This document shows, one piece after another, positions 1-12,300 of a stretch of 64,000 bases of DNA (its first letter is position 1; each line of letters begins with the position of its first letter). The notes below the pieces were generated by a model. The model made no database searches and had not been told where the DNA came from. It saw nothing but the letters and a program-made list of their open reading frames with translations. This DNA comes from Perna viridis. Taxonomy: Eukaryota. The DNA lies in assembly GCA_037379345.1 (NCBI GenBank), contig CM074518.1, positions 9,362,001-9,426,000 on the forward strand, in the 5' to 3' direction. A program made the position numbers and the translations under genes.

Positions 1-309
1 AATAACACATACTGGCACATTAACTTGATGTAGTTTTGCATTTATTTCGAATTTTGTAAGCAAAAACCACGGTTTACTAAAATTACACGATGCGAATACA
101 TGCATAAAATGATTTAAAACACACCAAACGTCGTACGCAAACATCGCCGTAACATTTATTCCGATTGCCAACAACAGATGCACTTCATTAAAATTTCATC
201 TAACTGAATAATATAATAAAATATCTGTATTAATTATGTTTTAAGTGGCTAAAGACTCTGATGCATGATCATGTCCGTTTATGAAATGTAAACCACCGTT
301 GTGTTGTAG

Positions 310-3300
310 GCGACACCCATTTGTTATCGGCCCTGACCTGTTTATCTGCTACCCCACATCTTCTCCAGCAGTGTATTCCGACCGACCAAGATTTTGACAA
401 CCAATATGCTGGGGTTTTCCACTTTAGATTCTGGAGATTTGGAGAATGGGTTGAAGTTGTTATAGATGATCTCCTACCTACAGTGGATGGTAAATCCCAA
501 CCCTAATTTAAAACGTATACGTTAGAAAAAAAGGAATCAATTCTATAACGTTAAATGGTTAATGCAACACATCAATACATTAATAACTATAGAATTTTGT
601 AAAAAAAAAAAACGGTACATGGAAATGCTTACTGTACTCTGTTCATTTAATATATTGATTCATTTCACAATTACTTATGCATTATTAGCAATATTCATCA
701 AAGTCAGCCAAATGCTTTGTGCTACTAATCACATGAAATTCCGTGTTTTTTTTCATAGGCCATCTTTTATACATGAGGAGTACTGACCCAGAGGAATTCT
801 GGCCATCACTATTCGAAAAAGCCTACGCTAAGTAAGTGAAGTCCAGACTTTTCATATAAACAATGTGGGGAATGTGTTTGAACAAAATAGTGTCCTTGAT
901 TCCCCCATAATCAAATGCATTGATTTCCATGTATGTTTCTAATGGAAAAGCGTTCCCTTTGACAAATAATCGGCAAGCTTACCATCGCTTAACTATGTGC
1001 GGTATTAAAACAATGAAGTTACTTATTGAAAAACTAAAGAAGAAAAACATGTAATGTACAATATTTTGCTTTTGGTGAACTCTCTTTTGTTCGAGACGAT
1101 AGACTAAATAGTTACCTTGCAAAACCTAAAATCCTTTTGTTTAAACCAGTACGACACCACGAATGTGTCTCATGTGCATTGGTGATTTTTTTAATTCTGT
1201 ATTTTATAGACTTTATGGTTCCTATGAAAATATCCATGGAGGAAATATTAGTTGGGCATTACAAGACACCACAGGTGGTATAGCTAGCACTCATGATATG
1301 ACGGAAAGTTCTAGACACATACTGACAGTTATTGATCTGGCAATGACCAGAGCTTCACTACTGGGAGCATACATATCTGTAAGTTATTTCAATAAAATTG
1401 CATCATTTAATAAAAAAACTTGAACACTTGAACAGAAAAATGAAAAGAGAAATGGAAAAAAATGACAGTAACGTCAATCTTTGATACAAAAACTAAAATG
1501 TTAGTCACTCATCTAACGGTTATCCCAATGGGTAACTTAAATTTAGTAACTTTTGTGATTTACTGAGGTAGCTATGTGTCTATTGATTTTGGCATTCTAG
1601 GTATGAAAAATGTTTTCTTTTTAAGAAAACACATTTCAATTTAGTTTCCATAAAATATGAAACTCATATGCTACTTATGCATATTAACAATTGGAAGATT
1701 AATCCAGGGAACCAATATTATAGCGGAAATTAAAAAGAATGTAACCCAGGGACGAAGAACATACATGGGAACATAGACACAAACAACAAAAATCATAAAA
1801 TAACCAAAAAATAGTATGTACAAAGTATCTAAAGTAAACGAGCAACTTGAACTCCACTAAAATCTTGGAGCAGGGACTAGGTGCACCGGTAGGGCAAGCG
1901 TCCTCTGCTTTTCTAGAAACAACCGTCGAGTTGCTCATAGAAAGTCCAGAGTAGCCGAAAGAGGAAAGAAAAACTAAGACACGTTGAACAAATCAGTTTC
2001 ATGGTGCAGATGGATACACCGTAAAGAACCTTGAGTTCATGATAAGGGAAAAATATTTTACAAAATTGTCGTGAGTTTATTCTTCAGTTTTCATATGTTT
2101 AACATGTTTGTGTGTAACATATAAAACATACGACTAACTGATGTTTTTTTTCTAGATGTCCCAAACATGAATACAAATATGTTAAAATTATTACGGTGTT
2201 TGATTTCACTTACAGCCAACGCTTACAAATAACAAAGCAGGAGTGCTTAGTAATGGGTTGATGTCTGGACATACGTACAGAATGACAGGTTATGCTGAGG
2301 TACGTCATAGTATATCTAATGAAAGCAAAACTAAAATATCTTGAGATAAATATAGATGTACAAGTAAAATGCAAGCTAGTTCAAACAGTATTTGTTTTAT
2401 TTTACTAGACGTCCCGCTTTTTGTACATTTGCCTAAGAAAAGCCTACGTTATGTTTAAGTTATTTCGTTACTGTTAAATCTGTTAATGATATCTTTTAGA
2501 TTCCAGTAACAGGTGGCAAGCTTGTACTGTTAAGGCTACACAATCGTTGGCATAACATTAACTGGAAAGGGGCGTGGAATCAAAGGTTTGTAATTGCAAG
2601 GCACAAGGAACCAAAGGTTTGCAAATTGAAAAGGACATGGAACCAAAAGTTTTCCAAAAGAAGGACGTTGTATCTAAGGTTTTCATTCCTTTTTTGTCAA
2701 CCTCGGACTTGACTATTTTATGAGCAACTCGGCGGGTGTTTATAGAAAAGCAGAGGACGCTTACCCTATCGGTGCATCTGGTTCATGCTCCCAGTTTTAA
2801 CTGGAGTCTGAGTTGCTAAGTTACTTGTGTTACTTTGTATGTATTATTTTGGTTATTTTATATTCTTTGTTGTGTGTATCTGTTTTCCATGCCGGTCTTT
2901 GTCCCTGGATTACATTTTTTTATTTGCACTAAAATTTTGTTTCCTTTGGTTACTCTTTGCAAAAAGAAAGGGTCGTGGAACCAAAAGTTTGTCAGTGGAA
3001 GGGGGCGTGGAACCAAACGTTTTTCAGAGTAAAAGGTCGTTGCACCATATGTTTGCAAAAAGAAAGAGGTGTGGAACCAAAAGTATGTCAAAGGAAAGGG
3101 CGTAGAACCAATGGTTTGAAAAAGGGAAAAGGCGTGGAATTAAAGGTTTGTCAGAGGAAAGGGCGTGGAACCAAAAGTTTGCAATAGGAAAGGGTCATGA
3201 AATCAAAGGTTTGTTAATTTTTTCCCACAAATATCATACCAATAATGTAATAAAGGCGAAAGAGATTGATAGTTCACAGTTCTCAAATGAAAACCAGTAT

Positions 3301-6300
3301 AATAGTTAGTCTTTCCATTAATGATAAAAATATGTTGTTTTTTTTACCAGTTATGTATGATTTCTTTCATAGAATGCAATGTTTAAAATCTAAAACAAAA
3401 AACGAATGTACAAATCACGATATGGTCTCGTGGTATGTGAGTTATTAGTTTAGTATATCCTCTGATAACATCAACACAATATATAACCCACTGAAGGCTG
3501 TTCATATTTTATATGTTCCCTTCATTATATTAATTCAAATCTTTAGGGTTTTACATATACAATTGTTTCTGAACTTTTCGTTGTTTTGGGTTTGTAGATC
3601 TGCTCATTGGAAGGCATTAAATGAACGAACTCGTGAGAAAATGAAATTTGACCAATTGCTGGATGGTGAATTCTGGTAAGAACTTAAGTTTTGTTTTTAA
3701 CTGCATTTATTTCTAGTTTATATGAGTATTTATAAGCTTATGGACTGGGGTCAATGAGATAGATCATGCGATTGTCCATACTAGATACATGTATATTGAT
3801 CTATAAATTGTTTTTATTTGAAACAAATGACACATTGAAAGTTATTACAAAAAGCGACAGCAAAGAAAACCCAATATATGAAGCCAAATATAATCTACGT
3901 TTGATAATGTTTACATTATTCGGTATAAATTACTTTGAATACATAACTTGCTCGGTAAAGCACTTTTATTAAAACTTTACTTGATAAATATTTTAATCCC
4001 TGTTCAGTCTGTTTTAATGCCTATTTTACAATGTATAAATAATGAACATATGTTGATAAGGTGTGAAGGAATGATAATATGCAATTAAGTGACGGTCGGC
4101 ACACCATACACATATAGTACTTGTCATTGAATGTTAAGGTTATTTGGAAAGAGTGTAAACTGGCTACAACTAGATTATTTCATATAACATGTTAAAAAAT
4201 TTGAAATATGCCCCACAGTTCAACTTAAAATGGATTCCAGTCTTTGCTAAAAATACTGTGAGCAAGCTCACATATTAAGAGAACACCCACCGCTTCAAAT
4301 GTAGTCAACCCGTCTGTTCACATTTCCCCTTTGCAGTCCCCCCACAATAACTATATTCCTTATTGCATATTTACATATGATGCTTAATCTTCCTATAAAG
4401 TTTCATTAAAATCCCTTGAACGATTAAGGAGGTGTTGCGCTTCCGATAATTTAGAAAGTAAAACCCATAAGTTTGACCATCTCCCTTTGAAAACTCCGAC
4501 AATATTTACAACAATACATATCCCTTCATGTTCATCTATATATATATATCACAAAACCTTCCTACAAAGTTTTATCAAAATCTCTTGAGAGGTTAAGGAG
4601 AAGTTGCGCTTAGAAGAATTGTGGACATAAGGACAGACGGACATATTGACAGACAGACGGGGTGATTTCTATGTTGAAATGCAGTAAAGCGTCTATACAT
4701 TGACAAATGTTATTTTATATTTGTAATGGTAAATAAGTGTAATTTAAATTAAGAAAGGTATCCAGAATATTTCATTCTGAATGGCTGATTTTTAAAATGC
4801 CTAATTTTAGAAACTAAAATTGCGAGAAAATGAATCGAAAATTGGGTTATTATTTTTACCTATTTCCCAGTAAGTGCCTGATAATTTATAAAACAGTGTT
4901 TGGCTGTTAGTTTTTTTTTAATGGCGCTCCTGATTGAATGAAACTCAGTGATACTTTTTTTCAGTTTGTTACCATGGCTTCTGGTGTTTATGACACCATT
5001 CACTCATGCATTTATAAATTACTTGGACCTCCACACATCCGTGATTGGAAAAATGTACCTTTTATGAAAAAAAAACAAACAAACACTAAAACTTCCTGTT
5101 TTAACTGCCTCAAAACAGCTTTATTTCAACAAATTGATACCAGATTTTCAGAATTGACCTAACTGTATTACCTTATAACATGATTGGTGTTGAATCACAA
5201 ACTGTGTAAAATCGACGTTAATGACGTCACATTACCAAATCCAGGTTGTACAAAATAACATAGTTTGGGGAAAATTATTTGATATCAGGTTATTATGCCT
5301 GTCCATTATTAATTTTGTCTTGATCAAAACAGTTGATGAATTATTATGAGTTGACGCGATAAAATTATCCAGGCCAAACGAAACAAGACAGTCTATATTC
5401 ACAATGTTAATTTTTATTACTTACATATTTTGAAAGGATATCATTCAACGACTTCAGAACAGTGTTTACTGAAATGGAGGTATGTCATCTTGGTCCTGAA
5501 AGTTGGAAGATGGAACCAAATCTACAACATCGTGGTGTATGGGCTGCATCTGTAGCTCATAGAAAATGGATTGATGGCTTTAATGCAGGGGGTTGTGTCA
5601 ATCCATGTTAGTATAATTCACAGAGCTTTCTCCTAGATACGTGCATGCTACGAGATTTTCCACAAAAATTGTAACGAAGATATGCTGGTTCATGCAGATC
5701 AAACTAATATGATGTGCCAAATATCAGCTTAAAACTATTACACCACATAAAAAGTATTTTCTCTTGCATGGTAAACAACAAATTCTTTACTTGAGCAATT
5801 ATAGATGGTACGGAAAAATTCAAAGAGGACATAAACACACAAACAAAAAATAAATAAACAAATAAAATCAAAAAATCAAAACGACCAAAGTGTCAAGTTC
5901 CTCAAACTGTTAGGACAATTAAATAATTATGTGTAGTTTAACTCAATATCTTTTCCAAGACAAGAACCATTTAAGCAAGTCATAAACCGTTGAATTTCAG
6001 ACAATTATGTTATTTTTGGAATATTTTCAGGTACTATGTACAATAATACACAATTTTATTTCGAGATAAAAAGACCAATAACTGTTATTCTATCACTTAT
6101 GCAAAAGTACAGACAGACAGACGACCACCGAAAATTTATTTCCTGTTCTTGCCTTATTTATAAGGTACGTCTACTTTTAAGTTAACAGTTTATCAAAACT
6201 AGGAGCTAGTCACCCTGCAATAGAAGTGGTTTCAAATGAGACAAAGTAAAATCAAGGGTAAAATTAGAAGAAACGGATGATCAAACCTGTCCAAAAGTAT

Positions 6301-9300
6301 GTTGGTTTAGAAGATTCTCAAACGTTACTCTGTGATTAAAGTGATTAAAATTGTTAATGTTTTGTTTCGGTAGACTCCGAATTACCACATTTTTGATGGA
6401 TATGTCTATATGTATTTAGAAAAGGAACGGATATAAGTGATAAAATAAATGAATCGACATCCATGCTATCTGAAATATAATCCCTTCCTTTGATTTAATG
6501 ATTAAAACTAAGTAAAGTACAATCCAATTGAAAGAAACAACCAAGATATAAAGGAGAGAAAACCATAGAGAATCTAAACTACCCTATACAAAATGTAACA
6601 GATACAGCCAGAAGATGAATGTCTTCTGCTATAAACGTGAGAAGCACATAATGTAATACACCATCCGAGCTTAAATTCTACAATTGGCGATTGCTCGCAA
6701 TTTAATTCACATTTTCTTTTAAAACAGATCTTTATATCAGTTTTATTTTGTTAACCATAACTATCATTGGATTTAGATACAGAAGAACATTAATACACGA
6801 CTTTGCCCAGAATTCTTCATTGAAAATCAAATATATGCTGCTGCAAGATTTAAACGAATTAGAGAGAATGTACACACACTCCTCCTACCCAACGGAGCAT
6901 ATCTTATCATTCCCATGACTGAGATAGAAGGGCAGGAGGCGAGATTTATGCTTCGATTTTACAGTTCTGGCAATTGTGACATCAGGTTTGTAAGATGTAG
7001 AATATGATCGCTTTTCTAGAAATGCAAAATACACCTTAATCTTCTATAATGATTTTGTTAGCACATTACCCCCTTAAGAATAGTCTTTGGGCATAAAGCG
7101 CAATTCCATTTTTTCTGCTTTATTTATTTTAATGAAAGTCAAAAGATTAATACTCATTAAGGAAGATAATACGTGTCCGATGCTTAAATCTCCTTAACAT
7201 CTCAATGAGATACGTTACTAGTTAAAGTATGTATGATTTGTTGATATGTATGAATAAGGAAACTAATGTAAAGCCACTGTGTGAGGAACAACGTGTGCAA
7301 TTGATATGATTTTAGTTCATTTGAAGCAAGGGATACTATCTTTGTGAACTTTCATCTAGTATTTCTAGACATTTTTACTTATATGATGTAAATTTAATTC
7401 AAATGTTCACTCTCAAAGACGTTCAGAACCAGGATTTTCTCTATCAATAATCTTTGTGGTCACGCAGTGAATATTAAGTTCGAATTATATCTACAAAACT
7501 AGATTTTTTAAAGCGCTCTTTTATCCGTATTTTAGGTGTTATGTTCCATGTTAAAGTCGACCCTTTTGATTCTCTCAATCTAATAATCATCAATCAAAGC
7601 CAAGTTTACATATACAGTATGTCTATTAGAACAATAATACAATTTGTGTATGTAAAAGTCATAGTTGTTGCATCAGTCATGTCGCACAGTTTAGTTCACT
7701 CACTTATTTGTCTATTTCTCTACTGCGTGTATAGATAGATTCATTTTATACTTACACTTTGTCTATGGGTACGAATCTTGTGTATCTATTAACATTCCTA
7801 AATTATTTACTCAGATTAATAACAACAGACATCACGAAGCAAGCTAAAATGGCTACACTTGACCCATGTATCCGTGTGTAAAATATACAGGGTTTGAAGT
7901 AACGATAAATAAATAACATGATAATGTGTCAGTTAACCTATACAATCTTCGTTATGTTTTAAGAGAACTTGATGACAAAGACAAAGTTTTATTTACACCG
8001 GTAAGTCTATCTAATGGTTTACTCGACATCAACTTCTGGAATAAAGCAAGTATTTAACACTTAAACATTATTTTGAAAATATCTTGATTAGTTCAATGAG
8101 AAGTTTTCTGGACTCAATGTTTTTCTTTGATCGCATTCAAGATTTAATGAGAAATGTATTTTATTACCCTATATTTATTAAGAATTAAAAAAAAACCTGC
8201 ATAATGGTCGTCCTCCAAAAATTTAAATTCGGATATATCGATATATTTTTGTTTATGCATTTGTAAGTTTTCTTTGCAATTATTTCCAATAGCAATCCTT
8301 CCGTTAAATGTTATATGTTAATAGTGAAGTACTGACAGTATGTTGGTAGAGTTTCCTTAACCGTGATACTCAGTAATACCGATATTTCTTAGTGCAGTTG
8401 TATCTGTCTACTGTGGTATCTGTCTACTGTTGTATCTTATGCAGTTGTATCTGTTTACTGTTGTATCTGTCTACAGTTGTATCTGTCTACTGTTGTATCT
8501 TAGTGCAGTTGTATCTGTCTACTGTTGTATCTGTCTACTGTTGCACTTCATCTATTAAGTATAGTAAACTGTCTTACGCAATATCACTAGAGAATGTCCT
8601 ATCGTAAATGTTCAATATCGGCAAAATAACGCGGAAGTGTCAGCTGTGGGATAATTCAAATACGTCAGAATTCAAAAACCTGATCTGAATGTGACTACAG
8701 TTAACAAAGTCGATCTATATACAAAGGAAGCGAACTAAATAATATATATTACGCATAAAAACTGAAGATAGGAAAAACTAGACGTCACTCCAAAAAAAGA
8801 AAAAAAAACAAAAACAAAAAAACCAAAAAAAAGAACTAAAGCACTAGCAATACTAAACAAATACTATATGCTTAAGAACACGATTACGATTGATTTACAT
8901 TTATATACCCCCGATATATAAATTGACCTTGTAGCCTACAGCATAGAAATAATACCATGACGCCCATAATGAAATTCTTATTATGATATTCACAATAACT
9001 ATCCTGCAAATTTCGAATTTGCGAAAGTTAGAAGAACATTCTAATCACAGAACCACATTGCTTCTTGAGTCATTAAAAAAGTAAATGGATTTGGATCAGT
9101 GAACATATTGAGTTTAATATTCACAAGGAAAAATAAGTCTTTTATGTATTTACATTGAAGTCTTCCCTATCATGTTGTTCATATATTATTTTTGTTTTGT
9201 TTTATCTATAAGCACAAAATTCAAGATTTACAATCAGTGCTTAAAAGCTAGATCAGAATTATAATACTTTACAAATTAAGTGATGAACACTCAAACTGGC

Positions 9301-12300
9301 AAATGTTCACGTTCCTTAGTACTGCTTTTTTTCGGTTTTGTTTCGGACACGTTGTTTATTCTGTTTTTTTTTAATGCATCATGTATTTCATAAAGTTTGC
9401 TGTTAGGCTAAACAAATAAGACAAAACAAAGTTAAATTGATAACATTTTAAAAAAATATGTTTGATGTAGACTCGATTTAACGCATCAACCTTTATTCTG
9501 TCATTTTATACTTCTATTTTTTGCAGCATTCTCAATCAACAGATGATAAAGTTAATTTACTTAGTCGTCAATTCAGAAACATGGCAATGCACAAGGTATT
9601 GTATCAACTGTAGATTTAAGTTTTCATAACACTAAAGTGTCAACGATTGAGATATGCAGTTAGTGAACTCAAGTGTAATTTTTAACCGTTCGTATTTCAT
9701 TAGTTTGAAGTTTTTTTGGCTTACATTTGTGAACGAGAAAGTAAAACATATTATACCACATGACAGAATTTATTTCCCCGATCTAAAGTACCTAGCAGCG
9801 AACCATTGTCAATATGTCATTGTTTGAGAGGTTCATGGATGTTGAAAACATATCTTTAAAAGACTCAGTAATTATAAATTCGGGTACATAATTGCCTTCA
9901 CTGTAGATTATGCTGAACACGTTAAATTATTTATTTTTGCTTCATTGCTACTTATTTATAGGACAAATGTAATTATTTTCAGTATCAAGAAATAGATGCC
10001 ATAAATTTACAGAGATTATTGTCGACAAATATAAAAGATAAAATTCCACTGCTTTGTTGCTTTGCTGAATCTGAAAGTATGTTTTTATTAATTTTATTCA
10101 TATCGAGTGAAAACGATCATAATATAAATAGTACATGTAACATCAACCATAAACTATGTACACCACCAAAAAGAAAAAAAAACAGAGAGTCATATTTGGA
10201 ACAAAGTTTAGTGAATAGTTAACACATATCACCCTTCTTTAAAAAGAATACTACATATATTGCATGTTATTTTTAATTTGCAATTGAGTTCTGCTAAGCC
10301 TGCAAAATCAGTGAAAACACTGACCTTACAAAATATGAAATATATGTATACATTTACTGTATGTTAAATGCTTGTATTCTAATGGTGAAATGCTTGTTAT
10401 ATACTTACTGAGGATAATTATCATTTGTTTCAGTTGTAAACTTTAAACCCTTGAATTTGTCATCAGAGACGTGTAAAGCTGCAATCACAATTTTTGATGT
10501 ATCCTTATCTTACACATTTTTATACTGCATTTTCCGTTACGCATGTGCATACTTTGGGGTATCCTACCGATTTACTATCTACAGACAGGTCTGGTTTGAA
10601 TTAAGTAAAAGAGGAGTTAATCAAAGTGAAGAGAATTTCTCCCCGTTTTGTTAATGTATTGACGATCAAGGCATAAGTAACCATTTTGTTAAGGATATAT
10701 TAAAGATGCTAAACCATATTAAGTAGATATAATATTTATTGAACTGTTTGAAGGGTACGTATTGACAAGGGAGATATCCACCAAAACATTCTGATTGTAT
10801 TGTGTAAACACCCTGCCAATAAAGAAGTATCAGATAATTTACTTTCGAAATGAAGCATTCCTTTGTATTATATGAAAAATAAGGGGAAACATATATTATT
10901 TCTACAATTTGGAGTTTAAGTCGGTGACAGTCGTCAAGTTTTGTAAATGTAAAATATTCAATACAAGGTAAACCAAACAAAGCTTAGTAGAACAGAAAAA
11001 ACTCGTATCATTTGTTATTAAGATTTAAAACGTTTTTTTGTTGTCACGTAAATAAGAAATACGGCCACAAATGAATGAAATATTAGAAAATGCATGTTGT
11101 TTTCACCAAAACCTTATCAAGAATAGAGCAATGTAGATGGACGACTTCACTTCAGTGAATTTAACAGTTTACTTAGCAGACTTTTACTTTGGCAGGTAAG
11201 CTTAATTGTGATGGATAGTCTCTTAATTTTACTTCTCCAGTAGTTTCTTTCTTTTAAATCTTAATTTCCCATATATCAACATAATTAAAGTACCTTTCAG
11301 AATGTTAAGTGTTTTTATAAATTTTCCCAATATGGTGATCAAAGTGCTTCCTCAAACAAACGGAATCTAGCACAAACTAACTGTATATCTGTATCGTAAT
11401 GATATACTTAGAGGTGGAGTTCTTGAACAAAAACAGAATTTCGTCAAGACCTTTTTAATATCATCCAGAAATTAAATGTTTTCAACCATACACATTTTGG
11501 ACATTTTGATTATCTACTACAATTTTCTTGAGAAAATATACATTTTACATGAATCCCCTCTTTGGAATGACGATTATATCTAAAGTTAAGTAAAGTCTAA
11601 CCTTTGAATGTTAATTTTTGTTTTGTTAAATCTATAAAATCAATATGTACTGACTGATAGAAGAGGTATTAATAAGATATAGAAACAATTAAACAGATTT
11701 CCAATTTTAATCAAGTTCATTGACAGTGAATAAATATGACACACAATAGTTACAAAAAACCACCTTCAATTCTAAGCCTGTTATAAAAATGCACATTCAA
11801 TAGCAGGGCTGTTATTTGATTTATGTGAGGTACCCTGTCATGTTACATTTTGCAGAAGATTTTACTGATTATGTGAAAAGCAGATTCTCTTCAGCTTGTA
11901 TTTCTCCAATCTCTATGATTGATAAAATTTAGTCGTTTATGTAAGCGTGCTAGGTAAGACTCGTATCAAAAATTCAAAAAACATTATACATCGTTGTTTT
12001 TCCAAAAAAGACTGTACACCTAGATACAGATATATAGTTCTTTGTAGAGATTCTTCATACTTTGTAAAAATAATTCCAAATCATCTTCCAAATATACAGA
12101 AGAAGGTAGTTTCAAGATGCTGGAATTTTTTATCGACAACATATTTGTCCAGTGAGATGGACGCGTTTTTCAACAAACGGTTTGCATTCCAAAGGGAACA
12201 AATTGTGCCCCCCTACTTGCCGACCTATTCCTTCACTCTTATAAGGCTGATTTTATAGCTGATCTGATCCGAAAGAAAAAAAACCCAGCTAGATCTTTTG

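Noticed and set aside
8392-8545. Fourth splice-site-anchored minisatellite
   Set aside because: It lies ~390 nt inside the intron and no exon is needed there; it is a counter-example.
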